From NCBI GenBank assembly GCA_030430795.1, contig JAUIJX010000002.1:1-34022 (forward strand): 34,022 nucleotides of DNA, read 5' to 3'. Within the stretch, counting starts at the first letter, position 1. Each line of letters starts with the position of its first letter. The notes beneath the pieces are model-generated. The model ran no database searches and was not told the origin of the DNA. It worked only from the letters and a program-made list of their open reading frames with translations. Positions 25,482-34,022 of this stretch are shown here, one piece after another. Position numbers and translations under genes: made by a program. The stretch is from Alphaproteobacteria bacterium (GTDB taxonomy: Bacteria > Pseudomonadota > Alphaproteobacteria > Rickettsiales > UBA998).

Positions 25482-27887
25482 ATGAAGCGACGCCTCCCCC
25501 TCATCATCGCTGCCGTTGCCTGCCTGTGGAGCACCACCGCGCTGGCCGAGGGAGAATTGCTGCCGCCGGACATTGACTTCGCCAAAGTCTGTAAGGTCAA
25601 GGAACGCATCAACAAACCCTCGCGTGACTGGACCGGCTGGAACGGCAAAAAATCGTCCCTCAGCAGCGACCAGCTGATCGAACTCGGCATGCTCTACCGT
25701 TTCGGCAGTAAAGGCACCGCCAAACAGCCAGAACTGGGAGCGAAATTCTTCAGGCTGGTGGCCAAACGCGGCGACACCCGCTCACCCAAGGCCATGAACC
25801 TCTACGCGCAGATGCTGCTCAGCGGTGACGGCGTCACGCAGGATACCGAGCAGGCGATGGCGTATTTCGAAAAGGCATTGGCCGGTGGGCGCTACAAAGC
25901 CGCGCACTATCTCGGTGAAATCTATCTCGGCTTCGGCGATTACACCAAGGCCGAGTATTATTTCAAGCAATCGGCGGCCACCGGCTACCCGAAATCGGTA
26001 CTGGCGCTGGCCTATCTCTATAAAGAAGGGCTGGTCACTCCGCCTGCCGATCAAGCCGTCGACAACCTCTACACACTGGCGCAGAATATGCTGCTCGAGC
26101 GTGTCGCAAAGGGTGACTGCGTCTCCCTGTACGATATCGGCCTGATTTACTTCAAAGGCGAGTTGGTGCCCCGGAATTACACCGTCGCCGCCAAATGGCT
26201 GGAAGCCTCTGCCAGCACCGGCCTGACCAACCCCATGCTGGTGCTGGCCGAGCTCTACCGCAGCAGCAGCGTCGAGGGTGTCGGGCTGGAGCGCGTGATC
26301 ACCTTATGGCAAACTGCTGCCGCCACCGGTTCGCGTGAGGCCATGTACCATCTCGGCATGAGCTACATGCTCGGCGAAGGCGTCGGCGTCGACCGCACCA
26401 CCGGACTGGACTGGCTGAGCAAATCCGCCGCACGTGGAGAGCTGGACGCGATGGAAGCGCTCGCCCATGCTTTCTCCGGCGAATACGGGGTAGAGAAAAA
26501 CCCGAAACAGGCCGCCGAATGGATGATCAAAGCCGCCAGGCATAAGGATGTTAGCTCCGAGATTCTGCTGATGCTCGGCCATGCCTATGAGACCGGCACC
26601 GGCCTCAAACAGGACCTTCGCCAAGCGTTTCTGAATTACGAACGCGCCGCCAAAGCTGGCAGCCGCAGCGGGGTGGTCAGACTCGCCGAATCCCACATGC
26701 AGGGGCGCGGCACCAATCAGCACGCCAAAAAAGCATTGAAATTCTATCGCCTTGCCGCCTCGCGCGGCAGCAACCACGCCATGCGCAAAATGGCACACAT
26801 CTATCGCTGCGGCACCGGCGTCCCGCAAGACATGGAGAAATCCTACAAATGGCTGGAACGCGCCGTCGCCAATAAAAGTGGCGCCGCCCTGCTGGAAGTG
26901 GCAACCCTCAGATTTGAGGAAGGCAAGGAACAGGAAGGATTGCACTTTCTGGAACGCGCCGCCGAGTTGGGCAACCGCAAAGCCATGGCGACCCTGAGCG
27001 TTTATTACCTGAAACAGGGTGATAAGGACAAAGCGGAGACGTGGGAAGACGCCGCCACCGACGACGGCAAGGGCGAACGTGCGGGCTGGCTGAAACTGGG
27101 CAAACTCTACGCCCATGACGGGCTGGATGCCGACAAGGCTGTCGATTTCTTTGAAGAAGCGATCGATCTCGGTAGCGCCGCCGCCATGTATGAATACGCC
27201 AAACATCTGGAAACCGGGCGCTACGGCATGCCGCTCGATAAGGAGGAGGCGCAGGAATTATTGCAGCAATCCGCTGACGCAGGCTTCGCCAAGGCGCTGT
27301 ACTGGCTCGGCAAGGAAGCACTCAAATCAGAGGATGGAAAAACGCAGGAGAAATCCATTCCGCTTCTGGAAAAAGCCGCAGGTGGTGGAGAGATTCGTGC
27401 CATGACATTGCTGGCTGAACTCTACAGTAAAGGCGTCGGCACCATCGCCGTCAGCCGCGAAAAATCCGCGGAATGGATGGACAAAGCCGTCCACGCCTAT
27501 CCGTGCAAGGCGCACGACATCGCCGCCGTCGCCAAGAATTACGCCAAAGGCGTCGGCACCAGGCAGAACGCCCATAAAGCACTGGATCTCTACCTGCGCG
27601 CCGCCGAACTGGGCTCTCCCAATGCCATGCGTGAGTTAGGGCGCATGTATGCGCGCGGGCTTGGCGTCAAACCGGCGCCGGAAAAGAGCATCGACTGGTT
27701 CAGGCAAGGCGCGGAAAAAGGTGATGCCGCCTCCATGCTGGAACTCGCCAACGCCTATGCCTCCGGCTACGGCATCGCCACCTCCCCGGAGTTGGCCATG
27801 GAGTGGTGGAAGAAAGCCGCCGATGCCGGCAATGAAGAAGCGCGCACCCAACTGAAGCAGATGCAGGCCACCGGTTACGGTGAGTAA
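25482..27887 (+). CDS. large secreted Sel1-repeat (SLR/TPR-like) protein, AlgK-like scaffold candidate
   Basis: 801 aa with a signal peptide (CLWSTTALA) and about 19 units of the A-x-x-L-G-x-x-Y-x-x-G-x-G-V-x-x-D-x-x-x-A-x-x-W type by eye. Confidence 0.85.
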   Translation: MKRRLPLIIAAVACLWSTTALAEGELLPPDIDFAKVCKVKERINKPSRDWTGWNGKKSSLSSDQLIELGMLYRFGSKGTAKQPELGAKFFRLVAKRGDTRSPKAMNLYAQMLLSGDGVTQDTEQAMAYFEKALAGGRYKAAHYLGEIYLGFGDYTKAEYYFKQSAATGYPKSVLALAYLYKEGLVTPPADQAVDNLYTLAQNMLLERVAKGDCVSLYDIGLIYFKGELVPRNYTVAAKWLEASASTGLTNPMLVLAELYRSSSVEGVGLERVITLWQTAAATGSREAMYHLGMSYMLGEGVGVDRTTGLDWLSKSAARGELDAMEALAHAFSGEYGVEKNPKQAAEWMIKAARHKDVSSEILLMLGHAYETGTGLKQDLRQAFLNYERAAKAGSRSGVVRLAESHMQGRGTNQHAKKALKFYRLAASRGSNHAMRKMAHIYRCGTGVPQDMEKSYKWLERAVANKSGAALLEVATLRFEEGKEQEGLHFLERAAELGNRKAMATLSVYYLKQGDKDKAETWEDAATDDGKGERAGWLKLGKLYAHDGLDADKAVDFFEEAIDLGSAAAMYEYAKHLETGRYGMPLDKEEAQELLQQSADAGFAKALYWLGKEALKSEDGKTQEKSIPLLEKAAGGGEIRAMTLLAELYSKGVGTIAVSREKSAEWMDKAVHAYPCKAHDIAAVAKNYAKGVGTRQNAHKALDLYLRAAELGSPNAMRELGRMYARGLGVKPAPEKSIDWFRQGAEKGDAASMLELANAYASGYGIATSPELAMEWWKKAADAGNEEARTQLKQMQATGYGE

Positions 27888-27901
27888 CGCACCCTAATTT
27901 T

Positions 27902-28053
27902 ATTATGGAAATTTTTCCTGTGTATATCACTTATGGAAATTTCAAAATAACGGCATATTCACGCAAGTCATTTCGGGATAACCTCTCCCCTCTTCCATAA
28001 ATGTGCCTTACGAATTATGGATACAACCAGACAACATTCGGCAAAATGGAAAA
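27902..28053. repeat. AT-rich spacer with a repeated (T)TATGGAAA(TTT) motif
   Basis: Perfect 12-mers ttatggaaattt at 27902-27913 and 27930-27941. Degenerate copies at 28014-28020 and 28045-28053, and an inverted copy ttccataaa at 27992-28000. Confidence 0.7.
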
Positions 28054-28055
28054 TA

Positions 28056-29486
28056 TTAAAACTGGAAGTAGAGGAAGGGTGAGAAAGATTGCGCGATCAT
28101 TTTGATCACCGCCAACACGAACAGTGCGATCACCAATAACTGGCGGAAAACAGGCAGGCGAGCCGCCCAATCAGGCGCCAGCGTCTCACCATTGCCATGC
28201 CAGCGACGCATCAGCGTCGGCATCAGGAAGATCAACCCGTAGGCCACCAGCAGCATAAACACGTCAAACCTTGTGATATCCCAGGCCGTGCGCCCGCTCA
28301 GCCCCAGACCAGCCTCGCTCAGACCGAACATCGCCGCATACATACCCATCGCCACCTGCACATTTTCGGCGCGGAACATCACCCAGCCCAGTATCACGAT
28401 CAGGAAAGTGGCCGGCAATGCCAGCAACTGCGGATACGGCGTACCGCGCTTGCCACCTAATAACCGCTCAATCGCCAACACCAGCCCGTGCCATGCGCCC
28501 CACAGCACAAACGTCCAGTTCGCCCCGTGCCACAGACCGCCCAGCACCATCGTCAGCAGCAGATTGACGTAAGTACGCACGGCACCCTTGCGGTTACCGC
28601 CCAGCGGAATATAGAGGTAATCGCGCAGCCAGATGGACAGCGACATATGCCAGCGCCGCCAGAATTCCGTGATAGAACGGCTGATATACGGGTGATTGAA
28701 GTTCTCGGAGAATCGGAAGCCCATCATCAGCCCGAGCCCGATCGCCATATCGCTATAGCCGGAGAAATCGAAATACAGCTGCGCCGTGTAAGCCAGTGCA
28801 CCGAGCCACGCCTCCGCCATCGTCGGATCCGGCAATGCGAACATCATATCCGCAACGGAGGCCAGACTGTCGGCAATCAGCACCTTCTTGGCAAATCCCA
28901 TCGCAAACCGCACGCAGCCTTCATTGAAACGGTCAAGACTGTGTTCGCGGCTAATAAATTGATATTCGAGGTCTTTATAACGCAGCACCGGCCCCGCGAT
29001 CAGTTGCGGGAACAGGGCGATAAAGGCGGCGAAATCCAGAAACCGCCGCGCCACATGCGCATCGCCACGGAAGACATCGACCTGATAGCTAATCGCCTGA
29101 AAAATATAAAAAGAGATACCGATCGGCAGAATCACGCTCCACGCCTCCAGCGACCCTGCCCCAAGGCTGGTCAGCAGTTGATTGAACGCATCAATGCCGA
29201 AATTGAAATATTTGAAATAGCCAAGCACCGCGAGATTACCACCCACGCCCAGCGCCAGCCATCGTCGCCGCGCCGCACCTTCGGCCTCCACCATATAGCG
29301 CGATGTCGCGTAGTTATAGACCGTCACGAAGATAAACAGGAACACGAAATCCACGCGCCACCATGCGTAGAACAGGTAGCTGCCTATCAGAATCGTCAGC
29401 GAGCGCCAGCGCATCGGCGTTAGGTAATAGCTGGCGAGAAACAGCGGCAGGAACATCAGCAGAAATACGGAAGAGGAGAAAACCAT
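28056..29486 (-). CDS. algI: MBOAT-family alginate O-acetyltransferase AlgI
   Basis: Polytopic MBOAT protein. Starting at ATG 29486 gives MVFSSSVFLLMFLPLFLASYY, matching the AlgI N-terminus. TGATG overlap with the upstream algJ-like stop. Conserved WRRWHMSLS and LWHGA blocks. Confidence 0.9.
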   Translation of the reverse strand: MVFSSSVFLLMFLPLFLASYYLTPMRWRSLTILIGSYLFYAWWRVDFVFLFIFVTVYNYATSRYMVEAEGAARRRWLALGVGGNLAVLGYFKYFNFGIDAFNQLLTSLGAGSLEAWSVILPIGISFYIFQAISYQVDVFRGDAHVARRFLDFAAFIALFPQLIAGPVLRYKDLEYQFISREHSLDRFNEGCVRFAMGFAKKVLIADSLASVADMMFALPDPTMAEAWLGALAYTAQLYFDFSGYSDMAIGLGLMMGFRFSENFNHPYISRSITEFWRRWHMSLSIWLRDYLYIPLGGNRKGAVRTYVNLLLTMVLGGLWHGANWTFVLWGAWHGLVLAIERLLGGKRGTPYPQLLALPATFLIVILGWVMFRAENVQVAMGMYAAMFGLSEAGLGLSGRTAWDITRFDVFMLLVAYGLIFLMPTLMRRWHGNGETLAPDWAARLPVFRQLLVIALFVLAVIKMIAQSFSPFLYFQF

Positions 29487-30619
29487 CAGCAATCGCCTCC
29501 GCTGCAATGCTCCGGCAGCGCCACCGCATCGTAAGTGACCGGCACGAAACGCTCCGGGATCTCCCAGATCACCAGCCGTACCCCGTCTTTCATCAGCGAA
29601 TCGCTTTGCAGAAACGCCGACATCGGCGCCATCGGCCCCTCGCCCTCTTCCGCCAGATTGAGCACATCTACCTGCAGGGCACTGGCCAGCGCCCCCTCAA
29701 AGTTCCATTGTTTTTCAAAGCTATACGAGGTTCCCACCAGCACCACCGGCATCACCTGTTCGCCAAATAAATCGCTACTATCAGCCCCGGTATCTTCCTG
29801 CAAGGTCGTCGAACGCGTCAAAACCTGCTCCGCTTCCGGACCAATCACTGGACTGAAAATACCTGTCGGAATAAAATCGTACAAATCCCCTGCATAACGC
29901 TCAGCCTCACCATCCTGTGACACATAGGCCTTCCGGACACCATTATCCAGTTGTAATACAGGAAGAATAGCATCCGCTAACGCATTCGCTACCAGCTGCG
30001 CCCCCTGCGGGCTCCAATGCGTATCGGTCTTCATGAATACCGGCACATCCGCTTTCACTGCCTGTAATGCAGGCCGCAGATCAGGCGCCAATACGTCTTC
30101 ACGCTGCAATGCCGCCAGCATCCGCGCATACATCGCCTCACGCTTCGCCGACCACTGCACGCCCGGCAGATATTCCGGGTAAATCCGTGCCTTGGCAGGA
30201 ATCAACGCCACCGCTAATGTGATCCCGCGTGCCGCCAGCACCGCCTTCACCTTTGAAATATCGAGAATTTTCTGCTCAAACGCCGCCTCGCCCTCAGGCA
30301 GGAAACGAAATTCCTCATCGGTATAGAGCCAGCCATCGCGACCAACCACCACCCCGTCACCGCCATCATCAAACAGTCCGTAGGTCAGCGATGTCCACAG
30401 CGCTATCGCCCCATCGCGCACCAGCAAGGCATCTTCAAACCGTGATTCAAACGCTGAACTGGCCGTGCCCATCAGCACATCCTCCTGCGTGAGCGGCTCA
30501 TCTCCCCACACCTCCGGGTGCTGCATCAACGTCGCCATGCTGACCCCACATGCCAGCACCAGAAAAAGAAGAAACAGCCACGCCATCGGACGCGCTGTCG
30601 CTTTCTCCATACTACTCAT
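29486..30619 (-). CDS. algJ: AlgJ-like membrane-anchored SGNH-type O-acetyltransferase
   Basis: N-terminal TM anchor (WLFLLFLVLACGV), DGWLYTDEEF, KTDTHWSPQGA (DxHW), VLVGTSYS. The alternative start ATG 30610 lies just after the upstream stop. Confidence 0.8.
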   Translation of the reverse strand: MSSMEKATARPMAWLFLLFLVLACGVSMATLMQHPEVWGDEPLTQEDVLMGTASSAFESRFEDALLVRDGAIALWTSLTYGLFDDGGDGVVVGRDGWLYTDEEFRFLPEGEAAFEQKILDISKVKAVLAARGITLAVALIPAKARIYPEYLPGVQWSAKREAMYARMLAALQREDVLAPDLRPALQAVKADVPVFMKTDTHWSPQGAQLVANALADAILPVLQLDNGVRKAYVSQDGEAERYAGDLYDFIPTGIFSPVIGPEAEQVLTRSTTLQEDTGADSSDLFGEQVMPVVLVGTSYSFEKQWNFEGALASALQVDVLNLAEEGEGPMAPMSAFLQSDSLMKDGVRLVIWEIPERFVPVTYDAVALPEHCSGGDC

Positions 30620-32816
30620 GAGATGCGCCTTTTTGCAGCATCAGCGATGCTTTGTAGTGCCCGCCAGCGGCTGCGCGCTGGAGATAACGCCGCGCTTCCG
30701 ACGGGTTGCGCACCACGCCTTCGCCGGTCAGCAACGCCCGTGCATAGGCGTAATCGGCATCCGGCTGCGCATGATGCGTTGCCCGCTCAACCCACTGAAT
30801 ATACTGCCGAATATCTTGCGATTGCCCTTCCAGCGGATAATAATAGAGATAGGCCATATTCAGCATCGCCTTACCGTTGCCGCGATCCGCCGCTTCAGCA
30901 ATCAATTCCTTGCCCTTCTCAATATCCGGCTCCACCCCGGTGCCAGCGAGATAGGCGAGGCCCAGATGCCGCATCGACTCCGCATGTCCGAGCGTCGCCC
31001 CGCGCTCAAAATAGCGGAAGGCACGTTCGGCATCGCGCGGCACCACTACCCCGGCAGTCAGCAGCAAGCCCGCTTCCAGCATGGCGTTGAGGTTGCCTTT
31101 CGCCGCCGATTGTTCCATCAACGCCACCGCATCCTCCGCCGTGTAGCCCTCAACCGCGCCCCACAGCACCATGCGCGCCAGCTCCAGCATCCCACCCGGA
31201 TCGCCGCCAGCCGCCGATTTCTCAAACCACAGAAACGCTTTCTCCAGATTCTTATCCAGCCCATAGCCATTTTTATAGGCTGACCCGATCAGCGACATCC
31301 CGGCATAATCGGTCTCACTGATCTGTTCCTCCGCCTTGGTGAAATACTCACGCGCCAGCTCTTCATCCAACGGCGCACCCTGCTCGTTGGCATACGCTTT
31401 GGCCACCGCGATGATCCCGTCGATATCCTCAGCCTCCGCCGCCCGTTCATACCAGATGAATGCTTTATCATGATCCACCGCACCGAACGTGCCGTCGCTA
31501 TAATGATCGCCGAGTGCCAGCATCGCCTGCACATGCCCCTGCTCGGCAGCGGATATCAGCAGCGTCTTGGCCACACCGTAGGCCCCACGCTCCAGATAAA
31601 TCTTACCCATCTTATAGACATCGTCCGCCGAACTGGCCGATGCTTCCCGCGCCTTTTCCAGGTACGAGAGCGCCAGCACCTCGTCCTTCTCCACGCCATT
31701 CCCCTCAGCAAACGCATGATAAAGGGAGAGCATTGCGGAGACGGAACCACTTTCCGCCGCTGAACGTAAATAGGTGACCGCCTGCTCGGTATCGCCCTCA
31801 CGCGTATAGTAACGCGACAAATCCTGAATCGAGCTGCCATGCCCGGCATGCGCCGCCTTCTCCAGCCACTCGAGCGCCTCTTCATCAGTCAGCAACAGGT
31901 AATAGCTTTCCCCAACCAGCAAGCGCTCACCCAGCTCACCGGCTGCCTTCAGCGAACCGGACGCCACCGCCATCCGCGCGTAACGCGTGGCTTCTTCACG
32001 ATCCCGCGGCACACCCTGCCCGTTACCCAGCATCCGCGCCATCGCCAGCATCGCACCGGGCTCCCCGGCATCGCTGCCTTTGCTGTACCATGCCATCGCC
32101 TGCGCATCGTCTTTCGGCACCAGCAGCCCTTCGAAATAGAGATCACCCAGCATTTCCGCCGAACGGCCATGCCCTTTTTCCGCACGGTTTTGAAGCAATG
32201 CCGTCCCCAGCGTAATCAACCCGTCCACCTCATCATCTGACTTTGCCGTAATGCTTTGTTGCTTCAGCAGTCGCGCCAGGGCCAGCGCCGCTTCCCCTCT
32301 CTGGTCGCGCAGTGCAAACCGGTACTGCTCCGCCGCCGCCTCCGCATCGGATGGATGACCTTTATAGCCGGTTTCCAACAACTTGCCGTAGGTATAGGCC
32401 GAGGATGCATGCCCCTGACGAATCGCTTCTTCCAGCAACGCCACCGCTTCCTCCGCATCGCGCTTGGTACCTTTTCCCTCAATCAGCAGCCGTGCCAGCG
32501 CATGCATGGCGCTTTGTACTTCACCGCTACGCTTGCCAATCCTATTGGCCAGATCAATCGCCTGACGGTAATAATGCGCCGCCTTGGCATTCTTCGGCTG
32601 CTCCAGCCCGTCCTTATTGATGTAATTGGCGTAAGCATCTCCCAGCGTCACATAGGCTGACACGGAGTTTTCCGCCTCCAACGCCCCCACCTGTTTCTGA
32701 AAGGCCGCCGTGTCCTGCTGGCGCAACGCCATCATCAACGCATCCAGCTGATCATCCGCCCATACGGGGGATGCCAGCAGACACAGTGACAGAGCGAGAC
32801 AGGCCGAACGCATCAT
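30612..32816 (-). CDS. large secreted Sel1-repeat protein, second AlgK-like scaffold candidate
   Basis: Start taken at ATG 32816 (MMRSACLALSLCLLASPVWA signal peptide), which overlaps the algL-like stop as TAATG. About 17-18 Sel1 units by eye. Confidence 0.85.
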   Translation of the reverse strand: MMRSACLALSLCLLASPVWADDQLDALMMALRQQDTAAFQKQVGALEAENSVSAYVTLGDAYANYINKDGLEQPKNAKAAHYYRQAIDLANRIGKRSGEVQSAMHALARLLIEGKGTKRDAEEAVALLEEAIRQGHASSAYTYGKLLETGYKGHPSDAEAAAEQYRFALRDQRGEAALALARLLKQQSITAKSDDEVDGLITLGTALLQNRAEKGHGRSAEMLGDLYFEGLLVPKDDAQAMAWYSKGSDAGEPGAMLAMARMLGNGQGVPRDREEATRYARMAVASGSLKAAGELGERLLVGESYYLLLTDEEALEWLEKAAHAGHGSSIQDLSRYYTREGDTEQAVTYLRSAAESGSVSAMLSLYHAFAEGNGVEKDEVLALSYLEKAREASASSADDVYKMGKIYLERGAYGVAKTLLISAAEQGHVQAMLALGDHYSDGTFGAVDHDKAFIWYERAAEAEDIDGIIAVAKAYANEQGAPLDEELAREYFTKAEEQISETDYAGMSLIGSAYKNGYGLDKNLEKAFLWFEKSAAGGDPGGMLELARMVLWGAVEGYTAEDAVALMEQSAAKGNLNAMLEAGLLLTAGVVVPRDAERAFRYFERGATLGHAESMRHLGLAYLAGTGVEPDIEKGKELIAEAADRGNGKAMLNMAYLYYYPLEGQSQDIRQYIQWVERATHHAQPDADYAYARALLTGEGVVRNPSEARRYLQRAAAGGHYKASLMLQKGASHE

Positions 32817-33919
32817 TAGGGAAGCACCTCCGGATTCCACCAGAAGCACGTCGCGTTCCCGCCACTGAAATCGTCAATCAGCGGCCGCTCGGCAAAAATC
32901 GGACGCATCACATGCAGCAACCGCCTGGCGGTCAGGTCTTCCTGCTCATGGGAGAGATATGCCTCGGCAAACGCCATGTAATGCCGTCCATGCGGCCGCA
33001 CCTGAAGCATCCCCATATCCTGTGTGAAATAATCCTGACTCGGCCCCGGCTTATAATTCTCCGAGGCATAAGGTAATACCACCGACGGTGATTCCAGCCC
33101 CGCCAGATAGAATTGCATAATCGTATCCAAGGTTTTGCCGTCCACCTCCATACGGTAGAAATTATCGCCGTGCGCGAGCGCTACTTCCGCCATCACCACC
33201 ATGCTGGCCAGCGACTGGCGCATATACCACAGCGCCCGCGACCCACGCCGTGTCTCCAGCGGCAGGCTGCCATCCGCGCGCGCATCGCTCAGAATCGTTC
33301 GGAACCGGGATTCACCTTTGCCATACAAGCTGTTATCCCCACTATACGCCCCCCACGCCATCAGCGTCGCATCGGCCAGATAGCGGTGATTGTTATGATC
33401 CACATCGCCGTCAAACGTCTTATCGAGCGGCCTGACCACCGCGTCAATCCATTCGCTCACCTGCTCACGTGAGGCCGTATCCATCGCCTCGTCCACCACC
33501 GAGAATCCCACGATCACCGGCAACATCGCCCGCTTCAGTGCATAATAGGTGTCATGCTCCGCATCGCCCTCTAGCAACGCTCTGGCACTGGCCCAACGTT
33601 TCAGAATCGCGATCAGCGCCTGCTGCGACTTGGCATCCCCGGCCAACGCTCGCCCGGTCAACACCGACACGTACCAGCTAAACGGCTCGGCGCTGGTATC
33701 CACACCATAGCCGTCCTTGGTCACAAGTGATGCAATCGGCTCCGGCTTCTCTTCCAGCTTCTCGCCATACGCCATGCAGGCGTCCTTCACCTTCTCATAC
33801 GCCGCGCTTTGCAACTGTTCACGCCGCTTCTCGACGTCAAACAGCACATTCGCCGCCTGAGCCTGCACCCCGGCCATCAGCCACAGTGCCATCATCCATA
33901 TCCCGACTCGCATCATCAT
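32816..33919 (-). CDS. algL: AlgL-like poly(beta-D-mannuronate) lyase (PL5 family)
   Basis: 367 aa with a signal peptide. HNNHRYL (compare NNHSYW), DGSLPLETRRGSRALWYMRQSL and a C-terminal FSGGNATCFW resemble AlgL blocks. Confidence 0.8.
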   Translation of the reverse strand: MMMRVGIWMMALWLMAGVQAQAANVLFDVEKRREQLQSAAYEKVKDACMAYGEKLEEKPEPIASLVTKDGYGVDTSAEPFSWYVSVLTGRALAGDAKSQQALIAILKRWASARALLEGDAEHDTYYALKRAMLPVIVGFSVVDEAMDTASREQVSEWIDAVVRPLDKTFDGDVDHNNHRYLADATLMAWGAYSGDNSLYGKGESRFRTILSDARADGSLPLETRRGSRALWYMRQSLASMVVMAEVALAHGDNFYRMEVDGKTLDTIMQFYLAGLESPSVVLPYASENYKPGPSQDYFTQDMGMLQVRPHGRHYMAFAEAYLSHEQEDLTARRLLHVMRPIFAERPLIDDFSGGNATCFWWNPEVLP

Positions 33920-33920
33920 C

Positions 33921-34022
33921 TTATCCTTCCTCTCCGGCAGCGGCTTTCTCCGTCAGGCACGGATTATCCCGAAACCGGTCAATCAGATCACCCTGCCCGT
34001 CACCCCTGAAAAACCCTTCCTT
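33921..34022 (-). CDS. 3' end of an upstream ORF of the same operon (product unknown)
   Basis: The minus-strand frame is open from the window edge: KEGFFRGDGQGDLIDRFRDNPCLTEKAAAGEEG-stop. TAA lies 1 nt before the algL-like ATG. It does not end in an aromatic residue, so it is unlikely to be an OM barrel. Confidence 0.35.
   Translation of the reverse strand, partial: KEGFFRGDGQGDLIDRFRDNPCLTEKAAAGEEG

Noticed and set aside
27905-28000. 31-aa ORF (MEIFPVYITYGNFKITAYSRKSFRDNLSPLP) in the AT-rich spacer
   Set aside because: There is no SD, and the repeated motif copies fall in different frames. AT-rich DNA rarely stays open by selection at this length, so I kept only the repeat observation.
1214-31283. 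Many long ORFs antisense to or out of frame with annotated genes (e.g. 1214-1924, 4793-5557, 16336-16875, 17487-18287, 20318-20908, 26304-27206, 28488-29423, 30465-31283)
   Set aside because: Each lies wholly inside a gene with clear family motifs on the other strand or frame and has Arg/Gly/Pro/His-rich junk composition. This is expected from stop-codon depletion in high-GC DNA.

Overview
A 34-kb chromosomal segment with G+C in the high 50s % by eye. Gene content and synteny look alphaproteobacterial (inference from DUF1150, the ffs-dnaX-ybaB-recR block, ftsK/lolA, a Nfu-type NifU protein and CtrA-type boxes). I saw no transposase, integrase, tRNA, rRNA or CRISPR array. The left two thirds (1-23.3 kb) is mostly housekeeping: amt (5'-truncated), xthA, an M23 peptidase, ilvD, yajQ, lolA, ftsK, SRP RNA, dnaX, ybaB, recR, rmuC, glmU and a NifU/Nfu protein. 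Between these sit orphan ORFs and at least three families of long, nested-palindromic intergenic repeats. The right third (23.5-34.0 kb) is accessory. It holds a complete alginate-type O-acetylation set (AlgX-, AlgF-, AlgJ- and AlgI-like proteins), a PL5 AlgL-like lyase and two very large Sel1-repeat proteins. These genes form two convergent, translationally coupled operons separated by an AT-rich spacer with a repeated TTATGGAAATTT motif, and no polymer synthase is visible in the window. Other loci worth a second look: (1) a DUF2946 ORF with a CxxC motif and a C-terminal RAPP motif, fused onto the end of recR and followed by a His/Met-rich outer-membrane barrel, possibly a copper-sensing upstream ORF; (2) an orphan FlgC-like gene coupled to an unknown 125-aa ORF behind a CtrA-like box; (3) a 3-gene cassette that interrupts ftsK-lolA, is bracketed by repeat copies and carries a perfect TTAA-N7-TTAA box; (4) an acidic 115-aa ORF wedged between ybaB and recR; (5) a 587-aa orphan protein. 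All family assignments come from motif recognition by eye, not from database searches.
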